A stretch of 64,000 nucleotides of DNA from Clostridiales bacterium GWD2_32_19 (GCA_001795385.1 MGOU01000047.1:1397-65396); one strand, 5' to 3'; numbered from the stretch's first letter, positions 8,694 through 19,085 are shown. Numbers and translations are program-made. The notes: generated by a model not told the origin, from the letters alone.

Positions 8694-9935
8694 CTAGTCT
8701 ACTAAATATACCAATCTATAAATTTTCTTAACTATATCTGGCACTTTATCTGTTATTTTAAATACATATCCTTGCAATTCTACTTCATCCCTAATCATCA
8801 TAAATTTAACATTAATCGTTAGCTTGTCTTCATCTTTATAATAAATTTCAATTTGAAACTGCTTATTATCTTCAAACGACAAATACCCTTTATCCCATAC
8901 CTTCAAGCTGTGTGTTGCTATTTCAACTTCACTAAATTCTAAGTTTTTTTCTGGTATCTTTATCTTTATACCTTTGTCTATTATAGTTCTTATAGATTGT
9001 CTGTTCATTCTCTCAATATCTTCTATTATTAAAAGTTCTCCTTTTACATTCTTCTTTTCAAAATAATTTAAAACACACTTCAAATAATATATTCCATCAA
9101 AAACTTCATGATAAGGAATATTATTGTACTCTAACTGTACATATATATATTCCAAATTAAACATATCCTCATATCCACTTATCACTAATGCTTTTATTTC
9201 TTGCTCCTGAACCTCATTTTTATATATAGAAATATCAAAGTTTTGACTTACATTATTCCTTATATTTGCAAGTTTCACCTTACTTAAAATTTTCTCAGAT
9301 GGTATTAACTGGTCATTATACTCTACAAAATTCAATCTAGAATTTGCTGTGCTCCAACAAATACCCCAATTAACATTTGGTATTTCATCTACCATATATT
9401 CAAAGTCAGCCCAAGTGTCACCTACAACCCTACCACGTGTCGGCTTTGCTCCTTGAACATCTGTAAGTATTTCAATCCCCATATTTAATACACTTCTTGA
9501 TAGTTCTTTAAAAAACCATATGTTTTTATCTATGTATTTCTGTGCTTCATTATGCTCACATTTTGAACCAGTGTATATAACCTTTACACCTTGTTTTATC
9601 CCGTTTTCTTGTAGTATTTTATATAAATTATACAGAAATTGTTTATGTTTTACAATTGACTTTTGGTACTGCTCGTCATCAATATATTCTGTGTAATATC
9701 CATCAAGGGGTCTAGAGCGCAATATTACTTGCATGTTATTATATTTTATACATTGAAGGATATTGTTTTTAAACATCTCTAATTCTTCATCTAAAAACAT
9801 ATTATACTCCATATTTATAGCCTCTATCCCATATTCTTTCATGTCCTTAAACTCTTCATCCATCTGCTCTAATGTCATATTATAAAATCTAACTGCATCT
9901 AAGTCTATACTTATTTTATTCAATATCTTCACCAC
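8694..9935 (-). CDS. hypothetical protein; N-terminal ~270 aa possibly a xylose-isomerase-like TIM barrel, C-terminal ~140 aa unknown
   Basis: Long ORF with typical codon usage. The start is GTG/TTG and ambiguous. No diagnostic motif recognised. Confidence 0.55.
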   Translation of the reverse strand: MVKILNKISIDLDAVRFYNMTLEQMDEEFKDMKEYGIEAINMEYNMFLDEELEMFKNNILQCIKYNNMQVILRSRPLDGYYTEYIDDEQYQKSIVKHKQFLYNLYKILQENGIKQGVKVIYTGSKCEHNEAQKYIDKNIWFFKELSRSVLNMGIEILTDVQGAKPTRGRVVGDTWADFEYMVDEIPNVNWGICWSTANSRLNFVEYNDQLIPSEKILSKVKLANIRNNVSQNFDISIYKNEVQEQEIKALVISGYEDMFNLEYIYVQLEYNNIPYHEVFDGIYYLKCVLNYFEKKNVKGELLIIEDIERMNRQSIRTIIDKGIKIKIPEKNLEFSEVEIATHSLKVWDKGYLSFEDNKQFQIEIYYKDEDKLTINVKFMMIRDEVELQGYVFKITDKVPDIVKKIYRLVYLVD

Positions 9936-9999
9936 CCTTTTGTATTATGTACTACTCATATAAAATTTTTAACAATTCACATTAGTAAGTTATCATATA

Positions 10000-10437
10000 T
10001 CACGTAATTATGTCAAGCAATAACCCTCGTATCTCATCTACCCTATTTAAAATTGAAATATGGTCTTTCTCTTCTTTTATTAATTCTTGTGCAAGTTCAT
10101 CCACATCTTTATTTATTAGCTTTATTATACCGTATACTCTATGTCGTCCTCTTTTATCTAAAAAATTTTCCCTCGAAAACTTATGCGAGTGTGCTACTAC
10201 TTCAGTTATAAACTCCGTAACAAGAGCCCTATATTTTTTTAAATATTTAAAATCCATGTGTTCTGCTAATTGCTTGCCTTGGATTGATATATCACCCATT
10301 AATAAATTGAGTTTCTCTTTGAGTTGCCCTTCTTCTATTTTACTTAGAAGGGTAAAGGAAAAGTCTTTCCCTGTACGCTCAACTTTTTTTGTTTCAATAT
10401 TGGCTACATTATTCATATCAACCTTTTTTATATCCAT
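10000..10437 (-). CDS. yaaR: YaaR/DUF327 family protein
   Basis: 145 aa with ...YRALVTEFITEVVAHSHKFSRENFLDKRGRHRVYGIIKLINKDVDELAQELI, typical of DUF327. Confidence 0.8.
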   Translation of the reverse strand: MDIKKVDMNNVANIETKKVERTGKDFSFTLLSKIEEGQLKEKLNLLMGDISIQGKQLAEHMDFKYLKKYRALVTEFITEVVAHSHKFSRENFLDKRGRHRVYGIIKLINKDVDELAQELIKEEKDHISILNRVDEIRGLLLDIIT

Positions 10438-10559
10438 AGCATCAGCCTTCTTTTTATATCTTGTCTATTATAGTATAAATTGCTACTTCTCAGCTTTTTT
10501 TATTCCATTTTTTTATATTCTTCATATTTTCAACTATTGTAAGTATCATATCTCTGTAA

Positions 10560-11471
10560 CTATTTATCTTTATCCTCGATTTCTGGGCATTCACATGTAA
10601 CAACTTCTACCTTTCTGGCATCTTTTCTTTTGTATCCTTTACCTATCACTTCAACATTTCCTATCGTTATTAGTGCAGATTCATCTATTGCTTGTACAAT
10701 TGTTTTCAATTTTGATATTTCGAGTCTAGATACGACTACATACAGAACATTTGTTGATGCACCGTCATATCCTCCCTTTCCATTAAGTAGGGTTAATCCT
10801 CTACCCAACTTTACTATTATGGCTTTCGATATTTCTCTGTGCCTATTTGAAATAATCATTGCTACTTTTGAACCATCAAATCCTTCTACAACAATGTCTA
10901 TAGTCTTAAATGCTACAAAATAAGCAATAAGTGAATACATGGCCTTTTCCCACCCAAATACAAAGCCAGCACTACTCAATATAAAAAGGTTAAAAAACAT
11001 TATTATTTCACCTATTGAAAAGTCTGTTCTTTTATCTAGTATGATTGCAACTATCTCAGTTCCATCTAATGATCCACCATGCTTTATTATGAGACCGACT
11101 CCTGCTCCAATTATTATTCCTCCAAAAACTGCAGCAAGTAATAAATCTTCTGTTACAACAGAACCTAGATTACTAACTATAGATACACCTATTGACAGGC
11201 ATATTACAGAAAATATCGTTATCATAGTAAATATCTTACCTATGTATTTATACCCTATTATAAAAAATGGTATATTAATTACAAATGTAAATATTCCGAG
11301 CGGTAACCCACTAAGATAGCTTAATATAATTGATATACCAACTACTCCCCCATCTATTATCTCATTAGGTATCAAAAACATTTCGAGTCCTATTGATGCT
11401 AGAATTGCTCCTATTATAATAAATGTAATTTTACTTGTTATAAAATATATAGAATTATACTTCTTATGCAT
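10560..11471 (-). CDS. YitT-family membrane protein with C-terminal DUF2179
   Basis: Start set at the ATG 8 nt after AAGGAGG (MHKKYNS...). Multi-TM region with FLIPNEIIDGGVVGISIIL and a soluble C-terminal domain. Confidence 0.85.
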   Translation of the reverse strand: MHKKYNSIYFITSKITFIIIGAILASIGLEMFLIPNEIIDGGVVGISIILSYLSGLPLGIFTFVINIPFFIIGYKYIGKIFTMITIFSVICLSIGVSIVSNLGSVVTEDLLLAAVFGGIIIGAGVGLIIKHGGSLDGTEIVAIILDKRTDFSIGEIIMFFNLFILSSAGFVFGWEKAMYSLIAYFVAFKTIDIVVEGFDGSKVAMIISNRHREISKAIIVKLGRGLTLLNGKGGYDGASTNVLYVVVSRLEISKLKTIVQAIDESALITIGNVEVIGKGYKRKDARKVEVVTCECPEIEDKDK

Positions 11472-11501
11472 AGACACATCCTCCTTATGTACCCCATGTC
11501 T

Positions 11502-11593
11502 GTCATTGCGAAGGCTAATCTAAGCTTTTGAGTTTTAAAGCCATAGAATAAAGTTTCTCCTTGTGAGTGAGGTTTTCTCGATGTGGCAATGAC
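11502..11593. repeat. degenerate copy B of the GTCATTGC...GCAATGAC-bounded repeat
   Basis: Outer IR GTCATTGCGA...GGCAATGAC is conserved and the interior has diverged. It sits between the helD stop and the yitT start. Confidence 0.45.
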
Positions 11594-11668
11594 AATCATC
11601 GGGATTCAGTTTCTTTTTAAGTCCTTTATATTCTTTCATAATACCCTGTACAACCATCAATTATTTAT

Positions 11669-13864
11669 TCACTGTGTTTCATAATATTTTTCATCTATTT
11701 CTTTCATAAAACTATTTATCTTTCCTATATTGTACATCACAAGCTTATGTAAAGGTCTAGTGCACATCGTATAGAATAATTTTTTATCAATATTTTCAAC
11801 ATAATTTTCTTTATTTATATTGTACAATATTACTGCATCAAATTCAAGTCCTTTTGCAAGATAAGATGGAATAATTACTGTTTTATGTCTAAATTTTATA
11901 TCATCCTTCTTTATTAGGTCAACATCTGTTCTATCTTTTAGCATTTCATAAACTTTATTCGCCTGTTCAGATGATTTGCATATTATGCCTATACTCTTCA
12001 TTTGTTCACCCTTAAATTCCTGCAAATTCTTCACAATTCCCTCTATAATCTGAGTTTCACTTTTCACATTAAATATCTGTGGTTTGCCACGATAACGTTC
12101 TATTTCTTGAATCGTATCGTCATTTAAAATTTGTCTGCTAAACTTTGTTATTTCTGAACTTGACCTAAAGCTTTTGCTTAACTTCATTATAGCCGAATTA
12201 TTTCTCGTAAATATTTGTTTAATTGAATCATAATCTTTATAATCAACAAAAGGGTGTATTGACTGATTTATATCACCTAGCACTGTCAACTTGGCATTAG
12301 TAAATATGCTCCTTACAATCTCATACTGAATCACAGAATAATCTTGTGCCTCGTCAATCATTACATGTTTTATCGTATCTGCTCTATAAAACCCTTGCAT
12401 TTTGCCTTGCAAATATAGAAGTGGAGCTATGTCTTCATGATATATTTCTTTTTTAGCAAACTTTCGAGTGGTATCATCGCATATTTCACCTGCGTCATAG
12501 CCTTTTAAGCCACTCTTATCAATCAATTTTTTTAATAATACTTTATCTTTGTACAAACTTTTATACATATCAAGAGCATTCATTTTTATGATGTTTTTCT
12601 TCAGTTTTCTTTTTAATTCCTCTATCTTTTTATCAGACAAGCTACCATCGTCATATATCATAACTGCCCTGCTTATTATTTTATCAATACGTTTTACTAT
12701 TGGTAGGTCTTTATAGTCATTAAAGAATAGCTTATTCATTTCAGCTTTTGTGATAACAACAACCTTTTCATCTTTTCCTGTATGTCTTGTCTGTTCTCCT
12801 TTTCTATCAACCACTATATCTTGCATTTTCAAAATCTCATTACCTATGTATTCGATATAGTTATTAATTATTTCTAGCATTTCACCTGACATCTTTAATT
12901 TTATTGAGTTTAGCCTAGGCTCTTTCGTTCCTTCATTATTATATATATATTCTAGTTGATCATTTAAGCTTTCTATTGTTTCAAATTCATCCTCTAGTAA
13001 ACTAATTGAATATTCATTGAATGTAGTTTGCAATACATTTTGCTCTCCCATTTCAGGAAGAACACTCGATATATAATCCATAAACACTTGGTTTGGCGAA
13101 AAAATCAATATATTGCTATAGCTCATTTGCTTACCATGCTTGTATAAAAGATACGCTATTCTATGTAATGCAACCGATGTCTTTCCGCTACCTGCAGGTC
13201 CTTGCACTACTAGAACATCATGACCCTCATCTCTTATTATTTGATTTTGTTCCTTTTGAATAGTCGTAACAATATTCTTCATTTTTTCATTTGTGTTTTG
13301 ACTCAACACATCTTGCAATATCTCATCTTCAATCTTCACATCACTATTGAATATATATTTTATTTTATCATTTTCAATTTTGTATTGCCTCTTTAAGAAA
13401 ATGTCACCATCTATTTTACCCATTGGCGCTTCATAAGTTGCTGGCCCTGTTTCAAAATCGTAATACATGCTCGCAAAAGCAGTTCGCCAGTCATATACAT
13501 AAATATCTAGTGTATTCTCATCTATTAAATTTCCAATCCCTATATAATAAGGCTTTATATCTTTTTCTTCTATCTCTTTATAGTCTAACCTACCAAAATA
13601 AGCAGCTTCTCTCATCCTGTGAAGCGCAATTGTTGTAGTCTTTAAATAATCCTCCATATTTTCCTGCATGGTTATTTCGCCCATGAAATATGCTTTCTCA
13701 GCATTGTCCATGCTGTGCGTCCAAACATATTTCTTAATTTCTAATAATTCTTCTTTTTTTATATCATATTCGCCTGATCTTTTTTTCAATTGCTCGTCAA
13801 GCTTTAATATTACACTACGCAGATAATCTTCCTCTATCTTATATTCTTCTCTCGTTATATCCAT
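11669..13864 (-). CDS. helD: HelD-type UvrD-like helicase (RNA polymerase recycling ATPase)
   Basis: Walker A VVQGPAGSGKTSVALHRIAYLLY, VMIDEAQDYS, and C-terminal GLEFDAVILYN. Confidence 0.85.
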   Translation of the reverse strand: MDITREEYKIEEDYLRSVILKLDEQLKKRSGEYDIKKEELLEIKKYVWTHSMDNAEKAYFMGEITMQENMEDYLKTTTIALHRMREAAYFGRLDYKEIEEKDIKPYYIGIGNLIDENTLDIYVYDWRTAFASMYYDFETGPATYEAPMGKIDGDIFLKRQYKIENDKIKYIFNSDVKIEDEILQDVLSQNTNEKMKNIVTTIQKEQNQIIRDEGHDVLVVQGPAGSGKTSVALHRIAYLLYKHGKQMSYSNILIFSPNQVFMDYISSVLPEMGEQNVLQTTFNEYSISLLEDEFETIESLNDQLEYIYNNEGTKEPRLNSIKLKMSGEMLEIINNYIEYIGNEILKMQDIVVDRKGEQTRHTGKDEKVVVITKAEMNKLFFNDYKDLPIVKRIDKIISRAVMIYDDGSLSDKKIEELKRKLKKNIIKMNALDMYKSLYKDKVLLKKLIDKSGLKGYDAGEICDDTTRKFAKKEIYHEDIAPLLYLQGKMQGFYRADTIKHVMIDEAQDYSVIQYEIVRSIFTNAKLTVLGDINQSIHPFVDYKDYDSIKQIFTRNNSAIMKLSKSFRSSSEITKFSRQILNDDTIQEIERYRGKPQIFNVKSETQIIEGIVKNLQEFKGEQMKSIGIICKSSEQANKVYEMLKDRTDVDLIKKDDIKFRHKTVIIPSYLAKGLEFDAVILYNINKENYVENIDKKLFYTMCTRPLHKLVMYNIGKINSFMKEIDEKYYETQ

Positions 13865-14211
13865 GTCTTTTCTCCTTTTCCTAATTCAACGCGAAAAACG
13901 AGTCGTGAAAGGCTCGTCCTTTATCAAAAATCCAACTAGAGTGACTAACAACATTATAATCTTGCCACTCCTTCTTTACTTTTACAATTTACATTGAGTA
14001 TATCATATTTTTATCAAAAATCAAGGTTTTTACCTATAAAAATTTTTATTATACAAATTACATTAAGTTATTTAGAATTTTGTACATTTGTGAATATCAA
14101 CACAAAAATTATTTTTTAACTATTTTTATTAAAATAAATCTTAAAAATTGAATATTTGGTTTGTTTATTAAGCATAATATACATGAAAATATTTTTTAGG
14201 AGGATAACTAT

Positions 14212-14610
14212 ATGAGTTTAACAGAATGGAATCCTTTTAGGGATTTTGACACATTCTCGTCCTATAGAACACTTGAGACATCAGCAGTTCCTAAGGTAGA
14301 TGTGTATCAAACACAAAACGATATAGTAATTACTGCTGAGATTCCAGGTATGAGTAAAGAAGACTTGGATATCGATGCTACAGGGAATTCCATCAAAATA
14401 TCAGCAGAATGTAGAAAAACAAATGAAAATGACAGAAACAATATATATCACTCCGAAGAATATTATGGCACATTTTACAGAACTATAGCACTCCCCACTG
14501 AAATAAATAGTGAAAATGTTAAAGCAAGTTACAAAGATGGCGTATTATCTATAATTGCGTCAAAGACAAATAATGTAAGTACAAAACAACATAAAGTTGT
14601 GATAGACTAA
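14212..14610 (+). CDS. Hsp20/alpha-crystallin small heat-shock protein
   Basis: VDVYQTQNDIVITAEIPGMSKEDLDI...GTFYRTIALPTEINSENVKASYKDGVLSI, preceded by an AGGAGG RBS. Confidence 0.9.
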   Translation: MSLTEWNPFRDFDTFSSYRTLETSAVPKVDVYQTQNDIVITAEIPGMSKEDLDIDATGNSIKISAECRKTNENDRNNIYHSEEYYGTFYRTIALPTEINSENVKASYKDGVLSIIASKTNNVSTKQHKVVID

Positions 14611-14630
14611 TGGTTAAGAGAGGTAAAAAT

Positions 14631-14945
14631 ATGAGCTACAACGATTTTGACACAGGAGTACACATAACACCTGCACCCGTAACTAGTAATGAAATTGTAG
14701 AAGTAAGCTATAGTGGTATATTATCTAAAAATGGTGCAAAAGAGTTATATTTGCACTATGGTTCTTCGTACTTAGAAGATTGGGCAAATGTTAGCGACAC
14801 CAAAATGTCAAAGGATGCCAACGGAGTATTTTCTGCGAACTTATCAGTTCCAGTAGGAAACAAACTAAACCTTTGTTTTCGGGATACCGCATATAACTGG
14901 GACAATAATAATGGAAAAAATTATATATATGAAATAAATAAATAG
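14631..14945 (+). CDS. small carbohydrate-binding-module-like protein (CBM25/53-like)
   Basis: Start set at the ATG after AGAGAGG. Motifs are ...LYLHYG...W and the C-terminal FRDTAYNWDNNNGKNYIYEI, typical of starch-binding CBM repeats. Confidence 0.5.
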   Translation: MSYNDFDTGVHITPAPVTSNEIVEVSYSGILSKNGAKELYLHYGSSYLEDWANVSDTKMSKDANGVFSANLSVPVGNKLNLCFRDTAYNWDNNNGKNYIYEINK

Positions 14946-14974
14946 AAGCCTAAATGGCTTCTATTTATTTATTT
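14944..14974. terminator. terminator between convergent genes
   Basis: AGAAGCC-TAAAT-GGCTTCT followed by T-rich sequence. Confidence 0.55.
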
Positions 14975-14976
14975 CA

Positions 14977-15225
14977 TCACACTTTACTTATACTCATTAT
15001 TTTACTTGCTACACCCAAGCACTCCTCTGATTTTTTATTAAATATGTTTGTTCCAAATTGTCTCACAAATATTTCATAAATTTTTTCTGCGAGTTGCTCA
15101 GTACTATTTACATCTTCTAGATACTTACACACTATATTTATTTCCTGTTCATATGTGTTTTCTGGAGCATAACTTATAACCCCTATTGGATCCCACTCAT
15201 TAATTATTAACTTTACATTGTTCAT
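14977..15225 (-). CDS. small cytoplasmic protein, DUF1871-like
   Basis: 82 aa with INEWDPIGV...LAEKIYEIFVRQFG. Confidence 0.5.
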   Translation of the reverse strand: MNNVKLIINEWDPIGVISYAPENTYEQEINIVCKYLEDVNSTEQLAEKIYEIFVRQFGTNIFNKKSEECLGVASKIMSISKV

Positions 15226-15679
15226 ATCCTCTCCTCCTCGTATATAAAATCTCTCTGGGTAATCAACTAAATCCCCTTAATTAATAAAAAAGCTCCTTAC
15301 TAAGAATTTAAACAAATTCCAGTCAGTGAGCTTCTATAATATTTTATATTTTTAATATTTTCAAATTTATCTACTAAAATTCTACATGCTTTATATAAAA
15401 CTACACATATACTTACACCAAGACATAAATTTGCCATGTAATGGCTTATGAATTTCAAAAAAGTTATAGACTTTATCATTATCCTAATACACTTCTCCAT
15501 AGTCAGAACCTCCAACCTTGAAAGTATTTGCACTGTTATATAAAAAATTCACATAATTCTCAATCTGTTTAAAATCTTATTACATTTACACTTTTCCTTA
15601 TAATTCCCTTATATTAAGTATTACCATGTTTGACTGTTTTATTCAAATTATTTTACTTTTTTAATCTTTCCTATGTCTT

Positions 15680-16117
15680 TTACATCAACATATTTAATTC
15701 TTCCTTTGCTGTTCCTGAAAAAATATTTTTTAAAAAATTATCCACAACTCCCCATTTTTGATATAGTGTGACTGGCACTAAAATAAAACCGAAACTTTCG
15801 TCTAGAAAATGTTGTGCTTTTATTTGGGAAGTCATTATGTATTCAATCTCTTCTTTACTTGCATCATAAATGTATGTATGAATTTCTTTATCTTCAAAAA
15901 TTGATGTTTTTAATTTTTTCATATTAATTTTATTAATTTTTCCGTATGAAGCCTCTTCAAGTACTTCTCGTATTATCCCATCCTCTATTTCTTCTCCGTC
16001 TTCAATTCCACCCCCAATAAAACCCAGTCTCCCATCATGCCTTAGCTGCATAAGCACAAATTTTTCCGTTTGTTCATTGGTATATTGGATTATCAAAAAT
16101 CCGCATCTTTTTAACAT
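15680..16117 (-). CDS. NUDIX hydrolase
   Basis: Nudix box GGGIEDGEEIEDGIIREVLEEA. Confidence 0.85.
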   Translation of the reverse strand: MLKRCGFLIIQYTNEQTEKFVLMQLRHDGRLGFIGGGIEDGEEIEDGIIREVLEEASYGKINKINMKKLKTSIFEDKEIHTYIYDASKEEIEYIMTSQIKAQHFLDESFGFILVPVTLYQKWGVVDNFLKNIFSGTAKEELNMLM

Positions 16118-16341
16118 TTAAACGCACCTCTCTTTTACTATATTATACTGTATTATTAAATCTTTGTCAACTTCATGAGTAGTAGGATAGTGTTTAAAAA
16201 ACATGTTTTTATCTCTTTACACATCAGTTTTATAAATCACTCCCATCACTTTTTTCATAAATATAATCATTAAGTTGCATTTTTTTTCTTTATGCTAATA
16301 TACTTTACTATACTAAAAATTAGTTAGTTGGAGGTGATTTT

Positions 16342-16788
16342 ATGGCATATTCGACAAGAGAATTATTTGCAAGATTAATTAAGTGCGAAGCTGGTGGTGA
16401 AGGCGAAAATGGAATGAAAGCAGTAGCAACTTCTATAATGAATAGAGTTCATATATCTTACGGCGAGTATCTTAGAACAGGTGGTGGAAATCTAAGAAAT
16501 GTCATAAATCAGCCTTACCAGTATACATGCGTAATGCAAAATGCTTACGGAGAGGTAAATCCTCAGACAGTTTGGTCGAGTCCCCCTGATCAAATTCACT
16601 ATGATATTGCTGACTGGGCATTATCAGGAAATAAACATCAAGGTGCTGATGATTCCCTTTGGTATTTCAATCCTTTTTTACCCGGCTGTACAAATTATTT
16701 CCCCCCAAATAGGTCGGGAAGTTATTTCAACACAGTGGGGCAACATTGTTTCTATATACCCACCCCTTTATATGCACTAACTAGGTAG
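16342..16788 (+). CDS. cwlJ: spore cortex-lytic cell-wall hydrolase (CwlJ/SleB catalytic domain)
   Basis: LIKCEAGGEGENGMKAVATSIMNRV, preceded by a GGAGGTGA RBS. Confidence 0.82.
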   Translation: MAYSTRELFARLIKCEAGGEGENGMKAVATSIMNRVHISYGEYLRTGGGNLRNVINQPYQYTCVMQNAYGEVNPQTVWSSPPDQIHYDIADWALSGNKHQGADDSLWYFNPFLPGCTNYFPPNRSGSYFNTVGQHCFYIPTPLYALTR

Positions 16789-16814
16789 AAAATTTTATTA
16801 ATGGAGGAATGAAT

Positions 16815-17264
16815 ATGGATTCTTATAATCGCGATTATCACTCTAATCAAATTTCACAAAGACCAAATAGGGCACCTGCTCCACCTTTAGAACCAGTAGA
16901 GCCTATTGTACCTGTAATGCCCGATTTGCCAACAGGAAGAGCTACTGGACCAACCGTTGCTCCCTTACCTGTTCAGGGTCAAAGGTTACCTCCGATGACT
17001 CCTATGCCTGGGGAGCAATCACCACAGACATTAGAAAGTACTTATTATACCCCAGGGTATCTGCGCACACAAATAGGTAAAATGATGAGGATAGAATTTC
17101 TTATCGGATCAAGCGGACCATTGATGGATAGAATTGGAACACTTCTTTCTGTTGGTGCTAGTTATGTATTGATAAGACCTATAGGTTCTCCTGATACTTT
17201 ATTATGTGATATTTATTCAATTAAATTTGTCACAATTTACGGTCAGCCATTAAGAGTAGAATAA
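16815..17264 (+). CDS. gerQ: spore coat protein GerQ-like
   Basis: P/Q-rich N-terminus and a conserved C-terminal core (MRIEFLIGS...GTLLSVGASYVLIRP...LLCDIYSIKFVTIY). Sits directly downstream of cwlJ, as in Bacillus. Confidence 0.7.
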   Translation: MDSYNRDYHSNQISQRPNRAPAPPLEPVEPIVPVMPDLPTGRATGPTVAPLPVQGQRLPPMTPMPGEQSPQTLESTYYTPGYLRTQIGKMMRIEFLIGSSGPLMDRIGTLLSVGASYVLIRPIGSPDTLLCDIYSIKFVTIYGQPLRVE

Positions 17265-17287
17265 AATTTATAAATTTGACATGAAAA

Positions 17288-17324
17288 GTAAGGAAACTAA
17301 AAATGTTTCCTTACTTTTATTTAT
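17288..17324 (+). terminator. intrinsic terminator after gerQ
   Basis: AGTAAGGAAAC-TAAAAAT-GTTTCCTTACT followed by TTTTATTTAT. Confidence 0.6.
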
Positions 17325-17398
17325 ATGATATTTATGTATATTGACCATGCTAACAAATTAATGTATGTTAATATATAATGTTTTTTATATTCTTTTAT

Positions 17399-18664
17399 CT
17401 ATCTCACTATTAATTCTTCTCTATTTGGTCCAACTGATATATATTTTACCTGAACTTCCAACAATCTTTCTATTGTATTTACATATTCTTGTGCATTTTT
17501 TGGTAAGTCTTCAAAATTTCTTACCATACTTATATCTTCCATCCATCCACCAACACACTGATATATAGGCTTTGCTTTATTAAGTTTGGCTATCATCGGG
17601 AAGTCTTTTATAGTCTCTCCATTAACTTCATACCCTACGCATATTTTTAGTTCATCGTATCCTGATAATACATCTAAGCATGTAATAGTTACTTGTGTTG
17701 CACCTTGAAGTTCACATCCATATTTGGTAGCAATAATATCAAAGTGTCCTATTCTTCTTGGTCTTCCTGTAGTAGCCCCAAACTCATTGGCTTTTATCCT
17801 GACTTCAGTTGCCCACTCACTAAAATCCTCTGTTACAAAAGGTCCCTCACCTACGCAGGTAGAATATGCTTTTGTTATACCCACAATATCTTTTAATTCA
17901 CTTGGCTTTATTGGTACTGAGGCACATGCATAACCCGCGAGTGTTGACGAAGATGTTGTATATGGATAAATTCCATGAGTTATATCTCTTAATGCCCCTA
18001 ATTGAGCTTCCACCATTATTCTTTTATTTTCTTTTTGCATTTTAAAAATAATAGGTGCTACATCTTTTATGTATGGTCTCATTTTTTCTCCATATTCCTT
18101 TAACCAATTAAATACTTTATCAAAATCAGTTTTATCTTTACCATATATTTTCTCTATTATCAAGTCATTATGTTCTAATACATCTTTTAAATGTTCCTTT
18201 AAATATTCTATATCCAGTAGTTCTCCAACCTGTATAGCCTTTTTCAAGAACTTATCACCGTATACTGGTGCTATTCCACTTTTTGTAGAACCATACTTTT
18301 TATTTACTAGTCTCACTTCTTCTAGTTCATCACGTAATATATGCTGAGGCAATATAACTATAGCCCTATCAGAAACAAATATATTAGAAGTGTCTAATCC
18401 CTTACTCTTTAACTCTTCTACTTCTTCTATAAAAGACTGTGGGTTTATTACAGATCCTGCAGCTATTATATTAACTACATTCTTATAACATATTCCCGAT
18501 GGTATGTTGTGAAAGGCAAACTTTCCATACTCATTTTTTACCGTATGTCCTGCGTTGTTACCACCTTGATATCTCACTACGCAATCCACATCGCCAGCAA
18601 AATAATCAATCATCCTTCCTTTACCTTCATCTCCCCAATTAAGTCCTACTACAGCCATAACCAT
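17399..18664 (-). CDS. purA: adenylosuccinate synthase
   Basis: GLNWGDEGKGRMIDY and GATTGRPRRIGHFD. Start set at the ATG 8 nt after AAGGAG. Confidence 0.93.
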   Translation of the reverse strand: MVMAVVGLNWGDEGKGRMIDYFAGDVDCVVRYQGGNNAGHTVKNEYGKFAFHNIPSGICYKNVVNIIAAGSVINPQSFIEEVEELKSKGLDTSNIFVSDRAIVILPQHILRDELEEVRLVNKKYGSTKSGIAPVYGDKFLKKAIQVGELLDIEYLKEHLKDVLEHNDLIIEKIYGKDKTDFDKVFNWLKEYGEKMRPYIKDVAPIIFKMQKENKRIMVEAQLGALRDITHGIYPYTTSSSTLAGYACASVPIKPSELKDIVGITKAYSTCVGEGPFVTEDFSEWATEVRIKANEFGATTGRPRRIGHFDIIATKYGCELQGATQVTITCLDVLSGYDELKICVGYEVNGETIKDFPMIAKLNKAKPIYQCVGGWMEDISMVRNFEDLPKNAQEYVNTIERLLEVQVKYISVGPNREELIVR

Positions 18665-18833
18665 AATTACCACTCCTTTTTTTATGTGTTATTTATATTA
18701 TGATAATATCACATTGCGAATAACAAGTCAATAGATTTTTAAAATTTATTTAATTTTTAATACTAATTATATATATTCAAATTATAGTTATATAAGATAG
18801 TTTGTTTTTTATAGCTCACCATGTAAATTCTAC

Positions 18834-18862
18834 TTGACAAATGTAAAAATATGTAATATAAT
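18834..18862 (+). promoter_or_regulatory. perfect consensus sigma-A promoter
   Basis: TTGACA (18834-18839), a 17-nt spacer, then TATAAT (18857-18862). The track ORF start at 18834 lies inside this promoter. Confidence 0.65.
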
Positions 18863-18890
18863 GAACTGGATATATTTTGGAGGTGATTAC

Positions 18891-19085
18891 ATGAGTAAAG
18901 TTTTAGGTGATTTAACATCTTTAGGAGATTCCTTAGATGCAGTAGCCGCACTAGCAGAAATGAGTGACGATGAAATAAATAAGTTATTCGTAGAAGCTGT
19001 AGAAGCATCTGGAGATGTAGTTCCAGAAAAACTAGATACTACAGGTTCTATAACTATATCTGATAATTTTGAAGTAATTAAATAA
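18891..19085 (+). CDS. 64-aa highly acidic protein of unknown function
   Basis: GGAGGTGA RBS 4 nt before the ATG. Sequence MSKVLGDLTSLGDSLDAVAALAEMSDDEINKLFVEAVEASGDVVPEKLDTTGSITISDNFEVIK has no Cys. A hairpin AAAACTCCTTT...AAAGGAGTTTT follows downstream. Confidence 0.6.
   Translation: MSKVLGDLTSLGDSLDAVAALAEMSDDEINKLFVEAVEASGDVVPEKLDTTGSITISDNFEVIK

Noticed and set aside
8155..10000. Possible tRNA-associated genomic island
   Set aside because: No integrase, recombinase or phage genes are present, and no direct repeat of a tRNA 3' end was seen. The flanking genes are ordinary chromosomal ones.
10010..10600. 196-aa plus-strand ORF
   Set aside because: It is antisense to yaaR and runs across the yaaR/yitT spacer. 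It has a serine/phenylalanine-rich composition and no RBS.
13990..14211. CIRCE/HrcA operator upstream of hsp20
   Set aside because: No TTAGCACTC-N9-GAGTGCTAA-like inverted repeat is present in the upstream 220 bp.
15300..15533. 77-aa minus-strand ORF in the 15.2-15.7 kb spacer
   Set aside because: There is no recognisable RBS and no recognisable family, and the start context is poor. It could be a small membrane protein, but I cannot support that from sequence alone.
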